64,000 bases of DNA from the NCBI GenBank assembly GCA_001599295.1, contig BCGN01000001.1:1984001-2048000 (forward strand). The letters run 5' to 3'. Shown piece after piece: positions 1 through 11,276 of the stretch (positions are counted from its first letter, which is position 1; the number at the start of each line of letters is the position of its first letter). This DNA comes from Sporopachydermia quercuum (lineage: Eukaryota). Below the pieces are notes generated by a model that saw nothing but the letters and a program-made list of their open reading frames with translations, was not told where the DNA came from and ran no database searches. The translations under genes were made by a program, and so were the position numbers.

Positions 1-416
1 TTTAGATTAAAATCCAAGCTTTCTTTAATTTCCATCTGTTTTCTCCTTAATGTTAATTTGATAAGAAAATACCCTTTTGCTTGTTCTAGGGCATATTTAA
101 TTTCGAGGAGTTTCCTGATTTACACATCCCTGTACGGAGAAATATTTAAAAGTTTCCAATCTTCCTTCAATGTAAGAATATATAATATAAAAGATTTCCT
201 CGAAATATACAACTCGTTCATTCATATAGAAATCCAAAGGGCTGAATTCTTAAGAAATAAGTAACTCACTACGAATACGTACTCCATATAATCCTCAGTT
301 GAGATCTTCCAAAAGAAGTTGCAATTGATCGTCATTAACCATAAGTTTTTGGAAGCATATCTCATAGTATATACTATACTGACTTTGTTATTTGATTATC
401 CTTCAGCTTTACAACA

Positions 417-1511
417 ATGTCTTCATTGCCTCGTACCATGGAAGCTGTTATCTTCAAAGCTCCAATGGAAGTTGTTACAGAGACAGTTCCTGTGCCAAAA
501 ATTGAAAATGGTAACGAGGTCATTTTGAAAGTGAGATACGCTGCTATATGCGGAACTGATTTACATGCCTATAGAGGTCATTTACCATCTACTCCTGGTT
601 ATATTCTAGGTCATGAATTCACTGGGCAGGTTGTTGAAGTTGGCTCTGAGGTGAAAAAGTTCAGAATTGGGGAAGAAGTAGTTGCTGCTTTTACTATCCA
701 ATGTGGGGACTGCTGGTACTGTAAACATGGTTATACTAGTAGATGTCCAAAAGTTTGTACTTTCGGTACTCCTACGCTAGACGGTGGTCAGGCCAATTAT
801 GTGAAAGTTCCGTATGCTGATTCTACTTTGTATCATGCCCCTGAATTAAAAGGAATCAGCGATCCATCAATACTTGTCCTGATGGCAGATATTTTCCCAA
901 CTGGTTACTATGGTGTTAGTAATTTGGTGAAACATATCAAAAATGAAGGGCAACAAACCATTGATGAAATAACGGTTTTGCAGTTAGGATGTGGTCCTGT
1001 TGGCTTATGCGCAATTGTTGCTGCACAATATTTAGGTGTTAAGAATTACTATGTGTATGATCCTGTTAAAGAACGAAGAGACGAAGCAGCAAAATATGGA
1101 GCAAAGCTTGTTCCCGAGGAACATTTAGAAGATATTCCTGGTTTCTTCAAATCTATTACTGACGGTAAAGGAGCTGATGCAGTACTGGAGGCAGTTGGAG
1201 CTAAAGGATCGGTTGATTTAGCTTTCAAATCAATTAGACCTTATGGTTTTATTTCATCTATTGGATTTTTACATGACGAGCTGCCTTTTACTGGTTTGGA
1301 TTGTTATAACAAGAACGCTCAAATGAGATTTGGTCGTTGTCCTATTTATTCTGTTTTCAAGGAAGCTTTACCTGTTTTTCAGGAGGTAGCATCAAGATTT
1401 GATGGCTTTGTTGACTGTAAACCTTCTCTTGATGAAGGAGCAAAATATTTCAAAGATTTTGAGAAAAACAAGGTAAGGAAAGTAGTGTTTTTGCCAAATG
1501 GTGAATTTTAG
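417..1511 (+). CDS. Zn-dependent medium-chain alcohol dehydrogenase (formaldehyde/sorbitol dehydrogenase-like MDR)
   Basis: 364-aa intronless ORF with catalytic Zn motifs ICGTDLH and GHEFTG, third ligand Asp (MADIFPTG), structural Zn cluster CGDCWYC...C and Rossmann GCGPVG. Confidence 0.9.
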   Translation: MSSLPRTMEAVIFKAPMEVVTETVPVPKIENGNEVILKVRYAAICGTDLHAYRGHLPSTPGYILGHEFTGQVVEVGSEVKKFRIGEEVVAAFTIQCGDCWYCKHGYTSRCPKVCTFGTPTLDGGQANYVKVPYADSTLYHAPELKGISDPSILVLMADIFPTGYYGVSNLVKHIKNEGQQTIDEITVLQLGCGPVGLCAIVAAQYLGVKNYYVYDPVKERRDEAAKYGAKLVPEEHLEDIPGFFKSITDGKGADAVLEAVGAKGSVDLAFKSIRPYGFISSIGFLHDELPFTGLDCYNKNAQMRFGRCPIYSVFKEALPVFQEVASRFDGFVDCKPSLDEGAKYFKDFEKNKVRKVVFLPNGEF

Positions 1512-2151
1512 AGAACTTATCATGAAAATGTATGAAATTGCTTGTTGGTAACGGTATGTGAGGTGACGATTATGAGACTTGGAAGAAGAGCTTCTGATGT
1601 TTAAAATTGGAGGAATCTTCCTCCATTTGAACCTTGAGAGTTCAAAGAATGATACATCGTAACCTATAGACATTGATTATATACTTATTTCCCTCGTTAT
1701 GAAGATTGATTACAATAAATAATGTTCTATTATTGCTTATAAATAAATTATCATTGTTACTTAGGTTCTACTTTATTTTTTTTGATATCCTTCATAAGTT
1801 TGCATTATCTCCGTAATTTACAAACATGTTTTCCGAAGTTCTCTGAATAACTGAACCTGTAAAATCTTTCCTTCGATCATTCACCAAAATTTATATCACA
1901 GAGTAGAGTAAAATATAGTAGTTGTAAGCATCAGTGACATTATACCATATTCAATATCAAAGATAAATGGTTAGAAGATATTAGAGCAAAGATTCGTTTA
2001 TTTGCCGGTGGAGAACGGTTATTATTTCAAAGATTTAAGGAGTAATAGTTTTGTTACATCAACAGCATTTAGTGACCATTATTAGCATACTATTTATTAT
2101 TTCTATTTTTGCATCGTATCAATATACCTATTATTGTTTTTCTGTCTAAAA

Positions 2152-2877
2152 ATGATTAGGCGATTTCCTGGAAGCTTGGGATCTATCAGATCGCTCAATT
2201 TGTCAATCGAAACATCAAAGAAATCCACGAGCATAAACTTCATACGATCATTTCAAAATACATCGATAAAGCAATCTGTAGTTGATGCATCTGATCCTGA
2301 TGAACTAGAAATCAGAAAGTATCGACCTATTGGATCACCATTTAGTCGGATAATTGATCCTAAATATAGATTAGGTCATTACCCTATATATGAAGCTCCT
2401 AATGGTTTATTAGTAGCCGTTTTGAAAAAGGCTTCCTATTATAGTTTGTTTGTTGCTTGGTGTGGTGGTACATTGGCTGTGGCTGCAAATTTATTGTCGA
2501 TGCCTGTAATGTATGGTATACTGGGAGGTTTATCAATACCCTGCATTTTGGCAAACTATTTAGCAGCGCCATACGTGAATCGTATCTTCCGATTATACAG
2601 AGTCAACAAACCTCAAACGTATGAGAACCTGCTTCGAGATGAAGCTTTAGTATTCGAAAAAATAGATTGGACTGGTAAATTCACTTATAATAGAATTATT
2701 CCATTGGAAGATCTGAGACTATCAAAAAGACCATTTGAATGGTGTACTTGGGAAGCTTATGATAAGAAGAGTGGTAAAAGGGAACGGTTATATGTTGTTG
2801 ATAATATGGGTGGTATTAAAATGGATAGGATATGGGGAATTATTGAAAAGAAAAGTGGAATAAATAATGGAAGATAG
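2152..2877 (+). CDS. Putative mitochondrial inner-membrane protein, TMEM70/TMEM186/TMEM223-like
   Basis: First ATG at 2152 (track start 2134 is TTG). R/S-rich, acid-poor presequence-like N-terminus; IYEAP..LKKASYYS followed by two hydrophobic helices and YVNRIF, a layout resembling TMEM70-type proteins. Family call is tentative. Confidence 0.5.
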   Translation: MIRRFPGSLGSIRSLNLSIETSKKSTSINFIRSFQNTSIKQSVVDASDPDELEIRKYRPIGSPFSRIIDPKYRLGHYPIYEAPNGLLVAVLKKASYYSLFVAWCGGTLAVAANLLSMPVMYGILGGLSIPCILANYLAAPYVNRIFRLYRVNKPQTYENLLRDEALVFEKIDWTGKFTYNRIIPLEDLRLSKRPFEWCTWEAYDKKSGKRERLYVVDNMGGIKMDRIWGIIEKKSGINNGR

Positions 2878-3284
2878 AGAAGTTGGACGAATATGATTTC
2901 AGATTGATAATTGGATTGTTTTCTTGTATATATTTTGACCATCATTGTTGTTGATATCGCTAGAAGCCAAGTGCTGAGCATAACTGCGAAATCACACGGA
3001 GCGAGCGTCAAACAGTGATAAACTTTGTACTAAACATAAATATAAAATGATCAATATAATGACTATAAGTGATTATATGATATCCTTAGTTGTTTTTCAT
3101 GGGCTGTGAACTCAATTTGTCTGTATTGAACAGCATTTGCATTTGACACCTTTATTATGCAAACAGAAACATTTCCAAATTGTGTATCGTCAGCAACGCT
3201 ACTCATTCACACCTATCTCACACAGCCTTAACATTATTTTCAGAATAGTACTCATATAGTCCAATTCTTACAAATCTCGTTAAA

Positions 3285-3356
3285 GCTCTAGTGGCCTAAA
3301 GGTAAGGCGCCGCTCTCCGGAGGCGGCGATTGTGGGTTCGAGTCCCATCTGGAGCT
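3285..3356 (+). tRNA. tRNA-Arg(CCG), intronless
   Basis: Acceptor stem GCTCTAG/CTGGAGC, A-box TGGCCTAAAGG, anticodon stem CCGCT/GGCGG with loop CT-CCG-GA, T-loop GGTTCGAGTCC, followed by a poly-T Pol III terminator near 3367-3374. Confidence 0.95.
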
Positions 3357-3704
3357 CTTGAAAGNGTTTTTTTTCCTTCATGTTCTTAGACTAAAATTTT
3401 GAATATTGTATANTTATTCTCTATTTCTTTTATTTCTTTTACTTCTTCTTATTTTTAGATTATTAAGAAATTAACTCGAAGAAGTAATAATCGAGTTTAG
3501 ATTTGTTGTTGGTTTCTGATAGAACATTGACAACTTCAAACAGCCCATATGGACGACATGCAGTGAATGGATAATAGTTTCGAATATACAGAATCAAAAG
3601 AATTAGAGGGTTTGATTGCAAACGAAGAAGTGACAAAATAAACTAGTGATCAATAAACAGATTTTCATCAATTAACTCAAAGAAAGCAAAAGCTGTTTAA
3701 GAAA

Positions 3705-4693
3705 ATGGACTATCAAAATCGTGTGGGTTCAAAGAAAGGAAGTGGTGGAGTTGCTGGAACAAGTGAGGCTAATGTAAATCGAAGAGAACGATTAAGACAA
3801 CTAGCGCAAGAATCTATTAATATTGATAAAGGTACGTGAATGAAATTTAAGGAATTTCTTTATTTGAGGGCAGTTTATAATCTGACAAGAAGAAGAGAAA
3901 AGTTTTGGGCCAGCGAGGTATAAGAGCAAGTCCACAAATCTTGCATACATCATTTTGAACATGACTTATGAATAAATGATTGCATTTGACAGATTTTTAA
4001 ATTCCGCTTTTTTCAGTATATTTGATTCATTTAGCATTTCTCTACTTGAGTACTAACATTTTATCTATAGATCCTTATGTATTCAGAAATCATCTAGGAC
4101 ATCTAGAATGTAAACTATGTTTAACTACACACTTATCAGATGGTGGGTATCTAGCCCATACACAAGGTAAAAAGCATCAACTAAATCTCGAAAGAAGAGC
4201 ACAAATTCAAGCGAAGGAAACAAAAATTGATCCTGTCACTGGTCTTCCCATCGATGATAATCAAAAGAATAAAAATGCGCTAGGTTTATCTTCAATTCCT
4301 AAAAGAAAGTTTAGAAAAATCGGTAGACCAGGTTATAAGATATCGAAAGTCAGAGATCCTGTAACAAGGAAATATGGATTGTTGTTTGAAGTGAAATATC
4401 CTGATTTTATTAATAACGATAAAAATATTGAATCAAAGAATGACCAATCATCGGGAATTGCAATTAAGCCTAGATATAGAATCATGTCTGCAGTTGAGCA
4501 GACTGTTGAAAAGAATCCTGACTTATCATATCAATATTTAGTTGTGGCGGCTGAACCTTATGAAAGTGTTGGTTTTAGAATTTCAGCTTCTTTAGTTGAT
4601 AAAAATGACAAAAATACTTGGAGTTGGTGGGATGCCGATTCTAGAGTGTTTTATGTTCAGATCATATTCAAGTATTTAAATCCAGCAAGATAG
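3705..4693 (+). CDS. PRP11: U2 snRNP SF3a subunit Prp11 (SF3A2), 2 exons
   Basis: Exon 1 3705-3831 (MDYQNRVGSKKGSGGVAG...RRERLRQLA); intron 3832-4070 (GTACGT...TACTAAC...TAG); exon 2 4071-4693 (DPYVFRNHLGHLECKLCLTTH matrin-type finger, KIGRPGYK, YLVVAAEPYE). The splice restores frame (G|AT = Asp). Confidence 0.95.
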
Positions 4694-4760
4694 AATATGA
4701 TTCTGTCATTAAGTCATTAATAGAGTTTGCTATACTCACTTTGCTTGATGATATAGCGGA

Positions 4761-5916
4761 TTACCAACTTCTATTCCATATACAAACAACTCCCGAAGAG
4801 TCACAGCTAAGAAGTTTTTCAATGGGCTCTGAATAACTTACATATTCAACAGTTGGTAAAGAAGTTAGGGCTGAGTCGTCAGTTTGTCTAAGTCGCTGTT
4901 CTGCTGAAGATTTCCTCTGGTGTAACTGCTCGACACACTTCTTCTGCTTGGTATCCCAAATTTTAACAATTGCATCTTCACATCCGGTTAATATAAAATC
5001 CTCATTGTTCATAAAGCTGCTTTTCAGCTTATACTGTGTATTTTTAGTTCTTTCCTTTCTATCAATTAATTCACCTGAATCTGAATGAAGTCTAATAAAT
5101 TCATCAACTGTTGTTGACATTAAATATGATTTACTATTTCGAGATAATTCAAATGATGTTATTGGGTCTAGTTGTCAGTTAGTCATCTTGGCCTTCTATT
5201 GATTCCCAAGCAATGAATATACCAATCATATGATATCTGTTTTAATTCATACAATGAACAGACACTTACCTCCTATAACATCCTCTTTCAATTGACCTTT
5301 CCTTATATCATACACTCGTAAAACACCATCCGTTGAGGTCGTATATATGTTGCATTCGTTAATTAAAACATTTGCTATACTATCATTAGCCTCTTCTAAC
5401 TTCTGTATTGGTTCATTACTACTCTTATTCCTTACATCCCAGAGTAACACATCTGAATCATCACCACCAGACGCAACAACTGTTGAATTATCATTGAAAC
5501 AAACAGAATTGACTTTTCGAATCCTATGACCTGTGAACTTCCTTATAACCGCCCCTTTCACAGTATCCCAATAGAAAATACTTCGATCGCCACCTGAGCT
5601 TATAAACGTTGAGTCGTCTTTAGAGATATCAATACCGTAAATAGGATATCCATGTTCCTGCAGTTCTCTAATCACCGATCCTGTATCGATGTTAATGAAT
5701 ACTATTCTTTTATCATTGCCCCCTGTCAACGAATACGTTCCTGTTGAGTTTAAGCATATTATGTGAGCTGCCGAGCTATGAGCCTTGATACTGTTAGTGT
5801 TTAAAGGGCAAATGGCAAGAGAAAAAAATGAATGACTATTTTGATGATGGTTCAATACTATATCATTTAAATGCACATACTTGAATGTAATGCTGAAGAG
5901 TAAATTTGGGTGACAT
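4761..5916 (-). CDS. WD40 repeat protein, WDR83/MORG1-like, 3 exons
   Basis: Exons 5916-5881, 5783-5270, 5167-4761; donors GTATGT (5880) and GTAAGT (5269); branch points CACTAAC and GACTAAC. Joined protein ...YIQAHSSAAH...GTYSLTGGNDK...SSGGDRSIFYWD...VNSVCFNDNSTVVASGGDD...EPIQKLEEANDSI...DPITSF follows the WDR83 repeat pattern. Confidence 0.8.
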
Positions 5917-6506
5917 TTGCGAATGGAGAATTCACACAGGTGAATTCATTTTTTATTAGTGAAGTCTGTTTTGTATCATTATTTTGTTGATTGAATTGTT
6001 ATTTAATGGCTGATTATTTGGTTATTTTGATGATGATTAGCTGTTCGGATGCCTGATTGATATTGTTCATGCATTTGGGAGGGAAAAGTTGTGTTTCATT
6101 CAAATTTTGCTCATGGGGTCGTTCGATAACAAAATAGCTATCTAACAATTAAAATATATGACAATTGATATGCATTATAATTTACTGTTAAGACAATAAT
6201 AATACTTTATTATTTGTTACTCACAGTGTAACTCATGGAAGAATTGATATGAAAGGTTCAATAGCAGAATTTTGTACCTAGTATAAACTAATAAAGTACT
6301 CCTATGTGCTAGACTTGCTCTATCTTTCAGAGTACTGACTTCTGGGAATCGACATAAAAAAATCACACACTTACAATAAAAAGAGTATATTACCTATGTA
6401 TAATTCTAGCTTGAGGCTTTCTATTTAATCCGTAACAACCAGCATAAAAAAGTAGTACACACTTCTGTCTAATGGCTATCATAGTTTCATTAATCTATTA
6501 CTACCA

Positions 6507-8219
6507 TCAAATCAAATCTTCATCTAGACGAGCCGCAGGATTATTTTCAATGAAATCTAAACTAACTTTATGACCCAGTAGCTCACGAATATTTGAAACA
6601 CCATACTTAATCATTGTAGGTCTTTCCAAACTTAACCCCCAGCCGTGAACTCTCATATTTCGTGGTAAACCCATGGCTTCTAACATTTCAGGTCTAAACA
6701 TACCAGAATTACCAATTTCAACCCATTTATTCAAACCAGGATGCCAGCCAAAAATTTCCAAACTTGGTTCGGTGTAAGGATTATAAGCAGGTTTAAATCT
6801 CAATTGGTGGACACCCATCTTACTGAAGAAGGATTTCATGAACCCAATTAAATCTCCCAATGTTAGGTCATAATCAGCTAAGACACCTTCAACTTGGTGG
6901 AATTCCGCCAAATGGGTAGCATCGACAGCTTCATTACGGAAAACACGATCAATTGAGAAATAACGAACAGGTTTTGGATCTTTAGCTAATTGATGAAGCA
7001 TTTTGGCTGATATAGCAGTTGTATGAGTTCTTAAAACCATTCGTAATGATTCATCAGCACTCCAGGGATATCTATAACCAATCGAACCAAAATCACCATC
7101 CTGGTGAACCCTTCTAACCGCATCCCAGTATTTTCCATCTGTTGGCAACTCTGCCTTAACGGGATCTTTCAAATAGAAGGTATCTTGAAGGTCTCTTGCT
7201 GGATGTTGTTGGGGTACGTATAATGCATCAAAATTCCAGAATCCAGATTCAACGTATTGATTACTTGGCATTTCAGTGAAGCCCATTGAGAAAAAGATTT
7301 GCCTGAATTCTTCTCTTACTTTATTTAAAGGATGTAAAGCACCAGCTTGTGGAGCAATACCTTCAGCAGCAAAATTATATGGTTTGAATTGTAAATCCTT
7401 CCAAGTACCTTTTTGAATCATATCAGCTGTGATATCAGTTTCCAATTTCTTAATTTCTAAAGCAAATTCTGGTCCTTTTGCAATTTTATAAGAGATCAAT
7501 TTGTTCATAACAACTAGTTTTCTTTTCCTTAACTCTGCTAATTCTTTAGTGTTACTTAATTTGTTCGTTTCTTTGATTTCCTTTAATGTTTCAACAGTGC
7601 TATCAAGAGGAGTTTCCGTGACATTAGAAACTAATCTTTCACCATCCTTTTTAATCCATCCTTTTCTAAAACCAGCAGCTTGACCTAATTTTCCGCTTGC
7701 ACCCAATTGTTTCTATATTATAGATTGTCAGTAACGTAGATAATAATGAGATGCAAACACAATATAACAACTGGGGATAATAATGTGGTTCTCAAATGAA
7801 CTTACAGTTACATCAGAAATTCTTAAACCTTCAACAGACTTGGTGATTTCCTGTAAGAGCCTCATTTCATGAGAACCGTGTTGAATGATATCTTCAGCTT
7901 CGGGAGTAACTGTCCATTTCTCTTTTTCAATCTTGTCAAATGTGACCATAGATCGAGCAGCCAAAGAGCTTAAAGCACCTAAGATGATATTAGTATGACG
8001 TGGCTAACAAAACTACGTTTTAATCGAGAGTCCTATTCCATTTCCCATTCCGTTGAAGATTTTCTTCTATTCACCATCTTGATTTGTCTCCTTATTGCAC
8101 ATCGTGAAACGCTTACCTTGTAAAGTTTGAGGTTCAATGTCAGGGAAGACAGTTGAAGAATCCTCAATGAGGGAAACTTCGTCGAGCTTCTTCAAAATAT
8201 CTAACTGAAGATTTTCCAT
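6507..8219 (-). CDS. FRS2: Cytosolic phenylalanyl-tRNA synthetase alpha (catalytic) subunit, 3 exons
   Basis: Exons 8219-8117, 7978-7806, 7712-6507 (donors GTAAGC, GTAAGT; branch points TACTAAT, TACTGAC; TAG acceptors). Motifs [52 protein letters not shown]. Confidence 0.97.
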
Positions 8220-8911
8220 TTTTCATTAATTATTGTAATGGCTATTCAAACCAAGTTAATAATGATCTTAACGATTGCGGTGTCTTCTCTACGCCTATTG
8301 CCGTATTGATTGTCTGACGTTCAACACAAATAAATGTCTTCTCCTGATTACACAAGGTGAATTACCTTCAGTATCAACTGTATCACCTTCTTATTAATTC
8401 TTAAAAACCCCTAATCAGACGAATAAAGTATTATAAAATGTCAGCCGTAATGTATTGGAGGGCTGACACTCGCTGTGTTGATCAAGTCATAAGGCCTTTT
8501 TTTTCAGTTGGAGTACAATTTGACGTTCGGCATAATTTTCACATTCTGAATGTCATAGAGTTGTATTCATGTCATGGGTGAAGTGTCACAGAGTTAAGTA
8601 GAATGGGACATAATCTGAAAAGATAAGAAGTGTTCTGTTATTTACTTGACCTCTTCTTTTGGCGTAAATATGAAAACATCTTGATTAATCATTATCATCT
8701 TTAGATTAGGTGATCAATAATAAATAGGTACTTGTAATTGGAATCAAAATATCTGTGGATGCTTGAAGGCACAAGAATACTATTGCTTAATCATTAGTGT
8801 AGGTAACTATTGATGGATATTGAATAGACCACTAATCTACAATATAATAGAATATCTGATATATCTTTATACTAGTTCTCTTGTTAATAATATGGACATG
8901 GTACCTCAAAA

Positions 8912-10138
8912 ATGAGTGACTATTCAGGGAAACGTAAACTTGAAGAAAGGGATACCGATGGGTCAGACACGGAACCAGAAGTTGACCTTCAAATAAGTAG
9001 CCAAAGAAAGCGGATCGTGAAAGATGCAAGGCCAATTGATGAAAGTACGAAGCATGATGAAGTGGTTGAAAATCAGTTAGAAATCGGAGCAAATTATGAA
9101 GATTTCAGTAGTAGAATATCACCTATGTCATCACCCTTATCATCACCCTTCTCTTCTTCNGAAGCTTCAGCTTTCTCAGACGTGTCATATGAATCTTCTC
9201 CAGATCCAGAAGCCATTGAAAGCGAAATAGCAGCTTTGAGAACACTGTATGAAGATGAAGCAAAATTGCCAGCGGAGGCTAAGAAACGAATAAAGAGTTT
9301 AGAGGAGAAATGCCGAAGGTTTGTATGTAAGTGGAAAGGGTGTCATAACAGTTTATCGTCGAGAGACAATTTGGTGTCGCATCTCCTATATGTTCATATT
9401 GGTATGCGGCAGCCTAAATACTCGTGTGAATGGGAAGGTTGTAACAGGTTTGGTCTTGTACAACCATCGCGATTTGCTCTTGTTTCGCACTTGAGAAGTC
9501 ATACGGGTGAGAAACCTTTTTACTGTATTATACCTGAATGTGACAAAACGTTTACAAGGTCAGATGCATTAGCAAAACACATGCGTACAGTTCACGATGC
9601 CAATCCAGTAAAACCATTAGAGAGGGTCCCTTATTGGTATCGCTTGATCGATGATGTGTTGAACCAGGAGAAAGAGTCTAGTGATCCCTTGGAAGGGGAT
9701 GGTAATCACCTATTAGACAAATGTTCCCAGATAACCGTAAATGGTATGAGATCTTTGATTGGAGAACTAGAGAAAAGATATAGCAATGGACTGCTGACAG
9801 TACTACATAATGAGGATATTAGTGACAACACTAGAACAAGTAATGAAGCTCATGATGAACTTAAACAGGAAGATGAAGGAGAGGAATTGATAGATGAAGA
9901 AATTGATGGTATACAAAATTCGGCAGATGCCAAAGAAATGTTAGAGAAGCTAAAACGACAGCTATTATGGTCATTGGAGCAAAAGAAAAGCTTAACTGAT
10001 GAAATGGAAAAGTTGGCAGAGTTAAAAACAAAACTCTGGTTCAAAAAAGAGCTATTGATGGATGAATTAATCATTAGAGATTTAGGGACAACCGTTTTTG
10101 ATAGTTTGAATAAGAATGTTTTGGGTAAGAAATTATGA
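8912..10138 (+). CDS. GLI/YY1-type C2H2 zinc-finger protein with C-terminal coiled coil, Iec1 (INO80 subunit)-like
   Basis: Three fingers CKWKGC..HLLYVH, CEWEGC..SRFALVSHLRSH, TGEKPFYCIIPECDKTFTRSDALAKHMRTVH; C-terminal heptads LKRQLLWSL...LWFKKELLMD. Confidence 0.75.
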   Translation: MSDYSGKRKLEERDTDGSDTEPEVDLQISSQRKRIVKDARPIDESTKHDEVVENQLEIGANYEDFSSRISPMSSPLSSPFSSXEASAFSDVSYESSPDPEAIESEIAALRTLYEDEAKLPAEAKKRIKSLEEKCRRFVCKWKGCHNSLSSRDNLVSHLLYVHIGMRQPKYSCEWEGCNRFGLVQPSRFALVSHLRSHTGEKPFYCIIPECDKTFTRSDALAKHMRTVHDANPVKPLERVPYWYRLIDDVLNQEKESSDPLEGDGNHLLDKCSQITVNGMRSLIGELEKRYSNGLLTVLHNEDISDNTRTSNEAHDELKQEDEGEELIDEEIDGIQNSADAKEMLEKLKRQLLWSLEQKKSLTDEMEKLAELKTKLWFKKELLMDELIIRDLGTTVFDSLNKNVLGKKL

Positions 10139-10370
10139 ATAAAGATTATTTGGATCATGAATAGGAATAGGAATAAAAGTAATGTTACTATGTCATGACA
10201 TGTCTTTGCTCCCCGCTTGTATGTACTACGTGCTGCCAATGAGCTAGCTCAGCTGACTTCATGTAAGCGATAGAGTCCAAAAAATAGTCCTATGCAAATA
10301 TTCATTTATTTATTGATTTATCATTTCATACATTCAATTTGATACTTAACGATTACTAGTACTAGGAACT

Positions 10371-11276
10371 CTAGTTGTCGTCCGATCTCTTAGGACCCCA
10401 CCGGACTCCTAGAAAGCCTGTCCTTTCTTTCTTTGGTTTACCAGTGATTGCAGGTTTCACTAAATAATGTGGTGGATGATCAGGGACATCCAATCGCAAA
10501 TACTTATATGACAGTTTTTCGTTGGCATCAGGTGTCATTTCCAGCTGTGCTAATCCTGTTCTTGTATTTCCTTCAACATGAAATCTCATTACCAAATGCT
10601 CTTTTTGATCTTTACCCAAATAACGCTTTGAACTGCAGAAAACTGTTAGTACCCGTAAGTATATAAAAACCTAAGGAGATAAGAAAGTAAGNAAATAGCG
10701 TTCATTACTTACGCAATCGGTCTACTCCTTGCCCATCGGTTGTCTGTGGCCTCTCCATATGCTTTGAATTTATCACCTCCCAGAAGTTCTTGACATTTGG
10801 GATCTTTCTCTAGTAATTTCACTGTTCGATTGAATACTTGTGTATCTCCTGAAGGTAAGAACACTTCCTCGACCGCTACGTAGAGCACGAGACCCTTCAT
10901 TTCAATGTTAGTTTCAGTTAGATTCAGCTTAGATGCTACAAATGCTTTGCAAAACACTTACAGTTAAACCAACAGCTGCTGCGACTAAAGCTGATGAGAA
11001 GAGAAAGGTTCCAGTTCTGGCTATTCGGCTTAATACATTGGTAAAAATTGATGGTTTAGATGAAGAAGGTGGAGGTGGTGGGGGTGGTGGAGCCGCTGTT
11101 TCACTATGCGTTGCATAATATCTTCTTCCTGCTGTCGAATTCCACAAACTCTTGTTAATTTTTGGTACTTGTGTTGATTTCAGTAGTATTCTCAATTTAA
11201 TTATGCTACTGCTCTGTAGAGAAACTTTGGTATACGTTTGTATACCTACCTGGCCAATGAACCTGGAACCAAGCAT
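10371..11276 (-). CDS. TIM21: Mitochondrial TIM23 complex subunit Tim21, 3 exons
   Basis: Exons 11276-10962, 10894-10713, 10632-10371; presequence, poly-Pro linker, TM segment VGLT|GLVLY, then KAYGE..NRWARSRPIAS and EHLVMRFHVEG, typical of Tim21. Confidence 0.92.

Noticed and set aside
4022..4070. ORF-track N-terminus of PRP11 (MIHLAFLY...)
   Set aside because: It is intron sequence containing the branch point; the conserved N-terminus is in exon 1 at 3705.
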